This document shows positions 56,162 to 64,000 of a stretch of DNA of 64,000 nt, one piece after another; positions within the stretch are counted from its first letter, which is position 1; each line of letters opens with the position of its first letter. The notes under the pieces were generated by a model that searched no databases, had not been told where the DNA came from, and saw only the letters and a program-made list of their open reading frames with translations. Source of the DNA: Planctomycetota bacterium (lineage in GTDB: Bacteria > Planctomycetota > MHYJ01 > WSZJ01). Location of the stretch: positions 160,001 through 224,000 of the forward strand of contig JBBTCT010000022.1 in NCBI GenBank assembly GCA_038060895.1. Direction: 5' to 3'. The translations under genes and the position numbers were made by a program.

Positions 56162-56809
56162 ATGTCCCTGCCACGCATGCTGCTGACCCTCCTGGCGCTC
56201 TTCGCTTTCTCCGCGGTTTGCCGAGCCGAGGATGCGGCCGCGGAGAAGAAAAAGGCCGAAGCGGCCGCGAAGGAGAAGAAGAAAAACGACGCGGAGCTCG
56301 CGAAGCTCGACGCGCAGATCAAGAAGACGCCGGACGATCCGGCCCCCCACACCCGGCGCGCTCAGCTGCTCATGAAGATGGAGCGCTGGAACGACGGATA
56401 CGACGCCGCGCAGAAATCGATGCAGTGCTCCATCAAGGCCGGGGACAACCTCGCTTCGATTGCGCTGGAGAGCATCGAGCTCGAAGGCGGATTCCGCGTC
56501 GACGTGGTCTTCAACATGGGCTCGAGGGAGCGCAAGCCGCCCGAGATGGGAATCGTCCGGCCGCTGACGTTCCGGGTCATCCAGAAGGCGGAGCCGGCCA
56601 TGAAGGAGTCCAAGGACATGCTTCTGGAGTCGATCGACTTCGAGCTCGGCTACATGGGCACGAAGGCCGAGACCGCGGCGTTCGGGATCACCGATGGGAG
56701 GGAGCACAAGAACCTCGGCATGCAGAAGGTCGACATGTCGTACGGGGAGATCCGCACGGGCCTCATCGACCTGGTCCGGCGGCGGCACCCGCCTGAAGAG
56801 ACGAAGTAG
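56162..56809 (+). CDS. Exported TPR-containing hypothetical protein
   Basis: RBS aagga; signal peptide; IKKTPDDPAPHTRRAQLL TPR-like. Confidence 0.6.
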   Translation: MSLPRMLLTLLALFAFSAVCRAEDAAAEKKKAEAAAKEKKKNDAELAKLDAQIKKTPDDPAPHTRRAQLLMKMERWNDGYDAAQKSMQCSIKAGDNLASIALESIELEGGFRVDVVFNMGSRERKPPEMGIVRPLTFRVIQKAEPAMKESKDMLLESIDFELGYMGTKAETAAFGITDGREHKNLGMQKVDMSYGEIRTGLIDLVRRRHPPEETK

Positions 56810-56835
56810 CCGCGCGACGGGAGTAGAATCAGGGC

Positions 56836-57162
56836 ATGAGTCCCGTTGCCATCCTGCGCCGGCGCTGTCCGCGGTGCCGCCGCGGAAAGATTTTCGCGGG
56901 CGTCCTCCGGATGCATGCGCGGTGCCCGGAATGCGACCTCGGGTACTTCCCGGAGCCGGGGTACTACCTCGGCGCGATCTATTTCAGCTACGCGCTGAGC
57001 ATTCTCATCGGCGCGCCCTTCGCGATAGGGCTCTTCCTGGCCGGCCTCACCTACTGGCAGGCCATCGCGGGAACCGGCGCGCTCTTCTGCCTTCTCTGGC
57101 TCCCGATCTTCCAGTACTCGCGCGTCCTCTGGCTCCACTTCGACAACGCGCTGACCGGGTAG
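56836..57162 (+). CDS. DUF983 family protein
   Basis: RCPRCRRGKIF...CPEC...EPGYYLGAIY, two TM helices. Confidence 0.85.
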   Translation: MSPVAILRRRCPRCRRGKIFAGVLRMHARCPECDLGYFPEPGYYLGAIYFSYALSILIGAPFAIGLFLAGLTYWQAIAGTGALFCLLWLPIFQYSRVLWLHFDNALTG

Positions 57163-57339
57163 CGAGGATCCGTCCGGGCGCCCTGCGCGCGCTCTCTGGC
57201 ACAGCGGTTGCAATCCGTCCCGAGTGAAACGCGGAAACCGCAAAACACCGGTGGTTCGCCGAGGGACAGGGGCACTTTTACCGGGGTGCGCCCTCGGCCC
57301 GGCAAGTCCTACCTGACTCATTTTGAAAAGGAGATCGCC

Positions 57340-57942
57340 ATGAAGCTGAGAATCGCATTGAGCGCCGCCGCCGTCGCGGCATTGACCGTCAGCATCCTCC
57401 TGCCGCTTCGGTCAGAGGACAAGGCCGCCGGATCGAGCCCGAAGACAGGGAAGGAAGCGCCCGAGTGGATGCAGACCGGGCCGGAACACGCGCAGCTCGT
57501 CTCGCGCGCGGGCACCTACGACGTCACGGTGCACTGCCTGGCGAGCGCGACAACGCCCGAGAGCGACAGCGTCGGCAATGCCGAGCTCGAAGTCATCCTG
57601 GACGGCCGCTTCCTGCAGCAGTCCTTCGAGGGCGAGTACAACGGCCAGAAGTTCAAGGGCCTCGAGATCAGCGGCTACGACCGCGTCTCGGGGAAGTACA
57701 CGAGTTTCTGGTTCGACTCGCTCGCCACGGCGAGCATGTCGTTCACCGGCGAGGGCAAGAACGACGGGAAATTCGTCGAGTACAAGGGCCAGGGGATCGA
57801 CCCTGAGACGAAAAAGGTCGTCCACACCCGGAGCGTGCTGAAAGAGAAGAGCGCCGACGAGTTCACGATCGAGATGTACTGCGACCGGGAAGGTTCCGAG
57901 AAGAAGACGATGGAAATGACCTACAAGCGCCACAAGCCGTAG
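57340..57942 (+). CDS. DUF1579 family protein
   Basis: TGPEHAQL, LDGRFLQQ, GYDRVSGKYTSFWFDS, MEMTYKR. Confidence 0.85.
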   Translation: MKLRIALSAAAVAALTVSILLPLRSEDKAAGSSPKTGKEAPEWMQTGPEHAQLVSRAGTYDVTVHCLASATTPESDSVGNAELEVILDGRFLQQSFEGEYNGQKFKGLEISGYDRVSGKYTSFWFDSLATASMSFTGEGKNDGKFVEYKGQGIDPETKKVVHTRSVLKEKSADEFTIEMYCDREGSEKKTMEMTYKRHKP

Positions 57943-57958
57943 TCGATACCGATCCAGG

Positions 57959-59362
57959 TCAGGCCACGGGACCGCTCCCGTGGCCTGGCCGCGTTTCCAC
58001 GGCGCCGTTGCGGTTCGCGAGGTCTTTGAGCGACACCGCCGCCAGCGCATCGGTCGCGCGCGCTTCGGCCTGGTCCACCAGCTGGTAAACGGCGGCCGCT
58101 TCCGTCCCGTTCGGAAGCGTGTACGCGTCGCCGGCGGTCCTCATCGCGTGCAGGACGTCGCGCGCCGAGAGCTTTGAGGGGTCGCGCGCCGGCATGTACC
58201 CCGGGTCCTTGTTCCCGCCCAGGCCGACTTCACGGAGTATCCCCTTCTCTGCAAGCTGATAGAGGATGTCGTGCACGACGCGCACGGGCGCGTTCATGCC
58301 GGCCGCGATGACTTCGGCCGTGGGCGGCGGCGCGCCGATTTCGAAGGGCCTGACGGTCTGGATCGCGATCACGAGGGACAGCCTGTCGCGGTCGGCGGTG
58401 CTGATCTTCACGGCATCGATCTCGCGCTTGTACGTGTCCACGTGCTGCGCGGCGAAGGCGACTTCGGCGCCGAAGAGGACGACGACCCAGGAGAGGTAAA
58501 TCCAGAGAAGAAAGACCGGAACCGAGCCGAGCGACCCGTAAAACGCGTACGACGTCACGATCTTCGTGTTGTACCAGACGTAGGCGCTCTTCATGCCTTC
58601 CCAGCACGTCCCCGCCACCAGCGCGCCCGTCAGCGCCGCCCGGAACTGGACCTTGGTGTTGGGCATGATGAGGTAGATGCCCGTGAAGAGTCCCCAGGCG
58701 AAGAGGAACGGCGCGAGGGTCAGCGTGAAGACGCCGAAGAACGGGACGTGTTCGGTCAGCCAGGTATAGAGACCGTTGCTCTGCACGAACGTCGTCGCGG
58801 CGACGGAAGCGACGAGGAGGATCGGGCTCAGGGTGAGGATCGTCCAGTACACCATGAAGCGCCGGAGGAACGGCCGGTGAGTCTTGACGCCCCAGATCTT
58901 GTTGAAGGTCTTCTCGATCGTCTGCATGAGCGAGAGGGCGGTGTAGAGCAGCGCGAGGAACCCGACGACGCCGATGGCGGCCGCGTTGATGTTCGCGACG
59001 AAGGAGTCGATCGTAGTGACGACCTTGTCGCCGACCTCAGGAGTGATGTAGCGGAGCAGGTAGTCTTTCGCCTTGCCTGAAACTCCCGACAGCCCCCCGA
59101 ATCCCTTGAACATCGAGAGCACGACGGCGAGAAGGGGCACGAGTGCGAAGATCAGCTGGTAGGTCAGCGCCGCGGAGAGGAGGAAGACGTCGCTTCGCAT
59201 CGAGCCTTCGACCGTGAGCGTGCCCATCCGCAGCATGTGGTACCCGAAGCGGCGGATGCGGCTCTCGGGTTTGTGGAGCCAGATGTCGCGCTTGAAGAAG
59301 TCCTCGATCTGCTTCCAGCGCAGGGCCAGTCGCTCGCCGAGGCTCGCGGTTTCGTTGGGCAC
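57959..59362 (-). CDS. YihY/BrkB family membrane protein with C-terminal Rrf2-like HTH
   Basis: SAALTYQLIFALVP, IEKTFNKIW, MPNTKV, YGSLGSVPVFLLWIYLSW; start uncertain. Confidence 0.9.
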   Translation of the reverse strand: MPNETASLGERLALRWKQIEDFFKRDIWLHKPESRIRRFGYHMLRMGTLTVEGSMRSDVFLLSAALTYQLIFALVPLLAVVLSMFKGFGGLSGVSGKAKDYLLRYITPEVGDKVVTTIDSFVANINAAAIGVVGFLALLYTALSLMQTIEKTFNKIWGVKTHRPFLRRFMVYWTILTLSPILLVASVAATTFVQSNGLYTWLTEHVPFFGVFTLTLAPFLFAWGLFTGIYLIMPNTKVQFRAALTGALVAGTCWEGMKSAYVWYNTKIVTSYAFYGSLGSVPVFLLWIYLSWVVVLFGAEVAFAAQHVDTYKREIDAVKISTADRDRLSLVIAIQTVRPFEIGAPPPTAEVIAAGMNAPVRVVHDILYQLAEKGILREVGLGGNKDPGYMPARDPSKLSARDVLHAMRTAGDAYTLPNGTEAAAVYQLVDQAEARATDALAAVSLKDLANRNGAVETRPGHGSGPVA

Positions 59363-59481
59363 GGGCGGGAGTCTATCACGGGGAACCCGGGTCCTCTTCG
59401 ACGGGCCGGGCCGGCGGTGGTAGCGTCTGGCGACCCCGAGTGAGGAGGACTTTCGCCATGGCAGCCGCTGCGCGAGGGGTC

Positions 59482-60633
59482 GTGGGCCTGAGGATCGGGA
59501 TCCCGCTGGAGACATCGCCCGACGAGCGCCGGGTGGCGATCGTCCCGGAGACGGTGCGCAAGCTTGCGGCGAAGAAGCTGGAGTTCGTCGTGCAGGCGGG
59601 GGCGGGGGAGGGGTCGTTCCTGCCGGACGCGGAGTATGTGACGGCGGGGGCGAAGATCGCTGCGACCGCGGAAGAGCTGTATGGCGCTGTTGATGCCGTC
59701 GCGAAGGTCAACGAACCTTCAGTCGAAGAAGTCGCGAAGCTGCGCGAAGGGACGGCGCTGGTGTCGCTGCTCTACCCGCTCTCCAATCTCCCGCTCGTGA
59801 AGCTCCTGAACGACCGGAAGATCACGGCGATCTCGCTCGACATGATTCCGCGGACGACGCTCGCGCAGTCGATGGACGTGCTGAGCTCGCAGGCGAACAT
59901 CGCGGGGTACTGGGCGGTGGTCGCCGCGGCGACGCGGCTGCCGAAGTACTTCCCGATGCTGATGACGGCGGCGGGGACGCTGATGCCCGCCAAGGTGCTG
60001 GTCATGGGCGTGGGCGTCGCGGGGCTTCAGGCGATCGGGACGGCGCGGCGGCTGGGCGCGGTCGTTGAAGCGACGGACGTGCGGCCCGAGACGAAGGAGC
60101 AGGTCGAGTCGCTGGGAGGGAAGTTCCTGCAGGTGCAGGGTGTCGAGGTGAAGCAGGCGCAGGGCGGTTACGCGCAGGAGCAGTCGGAGGAGTTCAAGAA
60201 GAAGCAGGCGGAACTCATCAGCGCGGCGATCGGGAAGGCGGACGTCGTCATCACCACGGCGCTCATCCCCGGCCGCAAGGCGCCGATCCTCGTCACGGAG
60301 GAACACGTCCGCTCGATGAAGCCGGGGTCCGTCATCGTCGACCTGGCCGCGAGGCAGGGTGGAAACGTCGCCGGCTGCGAACCCGGGCGGGACGTCGTGA
60401 AAAACGGCGTGCTCATCATGGGCCCCACGAACGCCCCTTCCAATCTCGCCCAGCACGCGAGCCTTACGTTCTCGCGCAACATCGAGAAGCTGCTGCTGCA
60501 CATCACGGCGGACGGGGCGTGGAAGCTGAACCTGAACGAGGAAATCACGAAGGGATGCGTCATCACACGGGAGGGACAGGTGGCCAACGCGAAGGTGCTG
60601 GAGGCCGTTACGAAAGCGGGAGGCGCGCCATGA
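59482..60633 (+). CDS. pntA: NAD(P) transhydrogenase alpha subunit, part 1
   Basis: ERRVAIVPE, QSMDVLSS, GVGVAGLQAI, ITTALIPG; start uncertain. Confidence 0.95.
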   Translation: MGLRIGIPLETSPDERRVAIVPETVRKLAAKKLEFVVQAGAGEGSFLPDAEYVTAGAKIAATAEELYGAVDAVAKVNEPSVEEVAKLREGTALVSLLYPLSNLPLVKLLNDRKITAISLDMIPRTTLAQSMDVLSSQANIAGYWAVVAAATRLPKYFPMLMTAAGTLMPAKVLVMGVGVAGLQAIGTARRLGAVVEATDVRPETKEQVESLGGKFLQVQGVEVKQAQGGYAQEQSEEFKKKQAELISAAIGKADVVITTALIPGRKAPILVTEEHVRSMKPGSVIVDLAARQGGNVAGCEPGRDVVKNGVLIMGPTNAPSNLAQHASLTFSRNIEKLLLHITADGAWKLNLNEEITKGCVITREGQVANAKVLEAVTKAGGAP

Positions 60634-60923
60634 CCGAGCCGATCCTGTCGGGGCTGTTCGTGTTTATGCTCGCGGCCTTCATGGGGTACGCGGTGATCTC
60701 GAAGGTCCCCGCGCTTCTTCACACGCCGCTCATGTCGTTCACCAACGCGATCTCCGGCATCTCGCTCGTGGCGTCGCTCGTCGCGGCGGGAAGCGACTGG
60801 GGCCTGGCCGCGCGCATCCTCGGCGTCGTCGCCGTCACGGCCGCGACGATCAACGTCGTCGGCGGCTTCTTGATCACCGACCGGATGCTGAAAATGTTCC
60901 GCAAGAAGCCGGGGGCGAAGTGA
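60630..60923 (+). CDS. pntA: NAD(P) transhydrogenase alpha subunit, part 2
   Basis: LHTPLMSFTNAISG, NVVGGFLITDRMLKMF. Confidence 0.95.
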   Translation: MTEPILSGLFVFMLAAFMGYAVISKVPALLHTPLMSFTNAISGISLVASLVAAGSDWGLAARILGVVAVTAATINVVGGFLITDRMLKMFRKKPGAK

Positions 60924-62383
60924 CGCCAGCTCTTCTCGCGGCGGGAACGGCCGGCATGGAAGGGCGGCAGCTCTTCACGGCCGCGGCGTACCTCGCGGCG
61001 AGCTTCCTCTTCATTTACGGCATCGTCTGCCTGACGCATCCCGACCGCGCGCGCCGCGGGAACACGATGGCGGCGTTGGGGATGCTGCTGGCGGTCGCGG
61101 GGACGCTGGTGGTGCAGGGCCTCAGCTACGAATGGATCGCCGGCGGGATCCTGCTCGGCTCGGCCATCGGGGTGCCGATGGGGCTGAAGATCCCGATGAC
61201 GAAGATGCCGGAGCGGATCGCGCTTTCGCACGCGTTCGGCGGGCTCGCGGTCGCCCTGGTGGGCGTCATCTACTACATCCACGAAAGCGGATTCGCGGCG
61301 CACGGCCGTGTGGACAGGTTTCACATGGGCGCGGTCGGCTTCGAAGTGCTGATGGGGGCGATCACCTTTACGGGGTCGCTGATGGCGTTCGGGAAGCTGC
61401 AGGGTTTTCTCCCCGGCAAGCCGACCGTGTTCCCGATGCAGAACGCGATCACCGTCGGGGCGCTTCTCGCAGCTGCGGGAATGGTCGTGTTCCTCGTCGC
61501 GCGGCCCGCCTCGATCTCCATCGGCGCCGCCGACGCCGTCTTCTACCTCACGCTCGGCGTCGCCTTCCTCCTCGGCGTGCTTCTCGTTCTCCCCATCGGC
61601 GGCGCCGACATGCCCGTCGTCATCTGTCTCCTGAATTCCTACGCAGGGCTCGCCGCTTCCGCCTCCGGCTTCGCCCTCGACAACAAGGTCCTCATCATCT
61701 GCGGCGCCCTCGACGGCGGCTCCGGCTTCATTCTCGCCATGGTCATGAGCAATGCGATGAACCGCTCGTTCGCCAACGTGCTGTTCGGGGCGTTCGGAAG
61801 CGACGCGGGCCCCGCGAAGTCTTCGGCGGGCGGAACAGCGGCGAACGTCAACGAGGCGTCCGTCGAGGAAGCGTCGGAGCTGCTCAGGAGCGCGGGGTCG
61901 CTCATCATCGTCCCCGGCTACGGCATGGCCGTCGCGCAGGCCCAGCACGCGGTCCGCGAAATCGCTTCGCTCCTCGAGAAAACCGGCGCGCGCGTCCGCT
62001 ACGCGATCCACCCGGTCGCAGGCCGCATGCCGGGCCACATGAACGTCCTCCTCGCCGAAGCGAACGTCCCCTACGACCAGCTCTACGACCTCGACCAGAT
62101 CAACGACGATTTCGTGAACACCGACGTCGTCCTCGTCGTCGGCGCCAACGACGTCGTCAATCCCGCCGCGAAAACGTCGCCGGGCAGCCCGATCTTCGGC
62201 ATGCCCGTCTTCAACTGCGAGCAGTCGAAAGCCGTCATCGTCCTCAAGCGTTCCATGAACCCGGGCTTCGCCGGCATCGAGAACGAACTCTTCATCCACC
62301 CGCGCACGGTCATGGTCTTCGGCGACGCCAAACAGACGCTCCAGAAAGTGGCCACCGAGCTGAAATCCACGGCGGGGCATTGA
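60920..62383 (+). CDS. pntB: NAD(P) transhydrogenase beta subunit
   Basis: IGGADMPVV, VPGYGMAVAQAQ, IHPVAGRMPGHMN, GANDVVNP. Confidence 0.97.
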   Translation: MTPALLAAGTAGMEGRQLFTAAAYLAASFLFIYGIVCLTHPDRARRGNTMAALGMLLAVAGTLVVQGLSYEWIAGGILLGSAIGVPMGLKIPMTKMPERIALSHAFGGLAVALVGVIYYIHESGFAAHGRVDRFHMGAVGFEVLMGAITFTGSLMAFGKLQGFLPGKPTVFPMQNAITVGALLAAAGMVVFLVARPASISIGAADAVFYLTLGVAFLLGVLLVLPIGGADMPVVICLLNSYAGLAASASGFALDNKVLIICGALDGGSGFILAMVMSNAMNRSFANVLFGAFGSDAGPAKSSAGGTAANVNEASVEEASELLRSAGSLIIVPGYGMAVAQAQHAVREIASLLEKTGARVRYAIHPVAGRMPGHMNVLLAEANVPYDQLYDLDQINDDFVNTDVVLVVGANDVVNPAAKTSPGSPIFGMPVFNCEQSKAVIVLKRSMNPGFAGIENELFIHPRTVMVFGDAKQTLQKVATELKSTAGH

Positions 62384-62522
62384 GAGCGCGAGAAACAATC
62401 GAGCGCCGTCGGCAGTCGGACCTCGCTGCCCGGCGTCGGTACTGCTCGACTCCGCGCAGCGAGCCCCGACCGCGCGCCATCGCTCGCTTGTTTCTCACGC
62501 TCAGTGGGCCCCGTCGAGCCGC

Positions 62523-63389
62523 TTACGGCAGCCGCCACACGTCGAGCACGGTGAGGTCGTCCGAAGGTGGCGCGATCCCCCGGTGGTGCAGAACCGCGTT
62601 GACGACTTCCTGCGCCATCCCGCCGGCGTCCTTCCGGCCGCCGCGCATGATCGCCTTGAAGAGCTGGCCGTCGCCGAACTCGTTCGCGTTGACGTCCATG
62701 GCCTCGTTGACGCCGTCCGTGTGGAACAGAAGGTGCTCGCCCGGCGCGAGGGGAATCTCGCGCTCGACCAGCGCGCGTTCGAAGGCGCTTCCCCGCACGA
62801 GCCCGATCGCGGGGCCGTTGACCAGGACGGTTTCGACCAGCGGGCGCTTCTGGAGCGTCGTCCAGAGCAGGGGAGGATTGTGGCCGCAGTTGACGACGGA
62901 AACCGAACCCCGCTTCGGGTCGAGGATCCCGTAGGCCAGCGTCAGGAAGATCCCGGCCGGGAGGTCGGGAGCGATCCGCTCGCAGGCTTCGAGGACCGTC
63001 GCCCGCGGCGACGCCATCGCGGGCGCCAGCCCGTGAAACACCGTCCGGACCATGACCATGATCATCGCCGCCGAAACGCTCTTGCCGGAGACGTCGGCCA
63101 CGACGATTCCGAAGCGGCCGCCGCGGAGAGGCAGGACGTCGTAGTAGTCGCCGCCGACGTGGGTGGCGGGGAGGTACCGGGCGGCGAGGTCGAATCCGGG
63201 CACCGCGGGGAGCTGGCCCGGGAGGAGCCTGGACTGGATGAGGCGGGCGCGGTCGAGTTCGCTGGCCAGCATCGGGTCGGACTCGATCGGCTCCGCGAAC
63301 GTGCTCGGGAAGTCCGGGGGCGGCGTGAGGTCGCCGACGGCGCCGGAGTTGGAAGCGGCTCGGGAGGGGCGCTTTGGATCCTGTTTCAC
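62523..63389 (-). CDS. PP2C/SpoIIE family protein phosphatase
   Basis: VGGDYYD, VADVSGK, NCGHNPP, HTDGVNEA, SDDLT. Confidence 0.92.
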   Translation of the reverse strand: MKQDPKRPSRAASNSGAVGDLTPPPDFPSTFAEPIESDPMLASELDRARLIQSRLLPGQLPAVPGFDLAARYLPATHVGGDYYDVLPLRGGRFGIVVADVSGKSVSAAMIMVMVRTVFHGLAPAMASPRATVLEACERIAPDLPAGIFLTLAYGILDPKRGSVSVVNCGHNPPLLWTTLQKRPLVETVLVNGPAIGLVRGSAFERALVEREIPLAPGEHLLFHTDGVNEAMDVNANEFGDGQLFKAIMRGGRKDAGGMAQEVVNAVLHHRGIAPPSDDLTVLDVWRLP

Positions 63390-63608
63390 GTGGAGAGGTC
63401 CGAAAGAGGCCTTCGGGCGGCAAGGCGCGCGAGGGGGAGGGGCCGGATGTTCAGGACTGGACGGGGAAGTGGGGGTGTTTTGTGATCAATAAGGATTTTA
63501 CTATTTTTAAGCATATCACAGGATGCTATTTGAAGGAATTGCCGGTGTTCCTGTTCCACCTCTTCTCGTGCCAAACCGACCCCCTGCCGCAGGTTATATT
63601 GTCTGCCC

Positions 63609-64000
63609 ATGCCCCCCCGTCCCGACGACCTGAAACAGGACCGCCTTGTCGCTTCCTTCCCCCGCGATAACAAGGGCCGCCCCGTCATCGGCGACGTCTC
63701 CCTCCTGCGCAGGATCGGCGTCGGCGGCATGGGAAGCGTCTACCTCGGCCGCCAGGGCGCCCTCCGGCGCGAAGTCGCCGTCAAAATCCTGCCCTTCACC
63801 CTCGTCGAGGCCGACCCCGGCCTTGCGCGCCGCTTCGCCTCCGAAGCGCGCCTCGCGGCCAAACTTGAAAGCGACCACGTGGTGCGCGTCTACGGCGCGG
63901 GCATCCAGCACCGGACGCACTTCTTCGTCATGCAGTACGTCCCCGGCGAGAGCGCGGGGCAGTACCTGAAGCGGTCGCTGGAGGAGGAGGAGTTCATTCC
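63609..64000 (+). CDS. Ser/Thr protein kinase, N-terminal part
   Basis: IGVGGMGSVYLG...EVAVKIL...RRFASEARLAA...VVRVY...FVMQY; runs off the window. Confidence 0.92.
   Translation, partial: MPPRPDDLKQDRLVASFPRDNKGRPVIGDVSLLRRIGVGGMGSVYLGRQGALRREVAVKILPFTLVEADPGLARRFASEARLAAKLESDHVVRVYGAGIQHRTHFFVMQYVPGESAGQYLKRSLEEEEFI

Noticed and set aside
63382-63397. parS-like site TGTTTCACGTGGAGAG
   Set aside because: Right half is degenerate, single copy, and it overlaps a start codon

Overview
GC-rich bacterial chromosome segment, most likely from a Planctomycetota/PVC organism (inferred from the tpiA-secG-yicC-gmk-rpoZ-coaC-coaB order, many HEAT/TPR/Zn-ribbon proteins and a Ser/Thr kinase). Housekeeping genes flank both sides (gspK, tpiA to coaB, ftsK; rimO, pntAA/AB/B). 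The centre holds a minus-strand array of 34 tRNA or tRNA-like genes (35135-39316) covering all 20 amino acids, plus an isolated tRNA-Leu(GAG) at 22029-22102. A ~13 kb accessory island separates the two. It carries a KAP NTPase, the Hen1-Pnkp RNA-repair pair (Pnkp has an in-frame TGA 20 codons before its conserved end) and a ubiquitin-like (C-terminal GG) + DUF4132 gene pair. The tRNAs are systematically non-canonical: 11 of 35 have C33 instead of the near-invariant U33, all three Leu tRNAs lack the long variable arm, several have G55 T-loops or A37, and one has an enlarged anticodon arm with a G-1:C73 pair. The array has a leader with a short ORF, a boxA-like element and a terminator, and long unique hairpins abut many tRNA ends. 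Working hypothesis: an attenuation-controlled, nuclease-resistant spare tRNA set coupled to RNA repair. All calls were made by eye, with no database searches.
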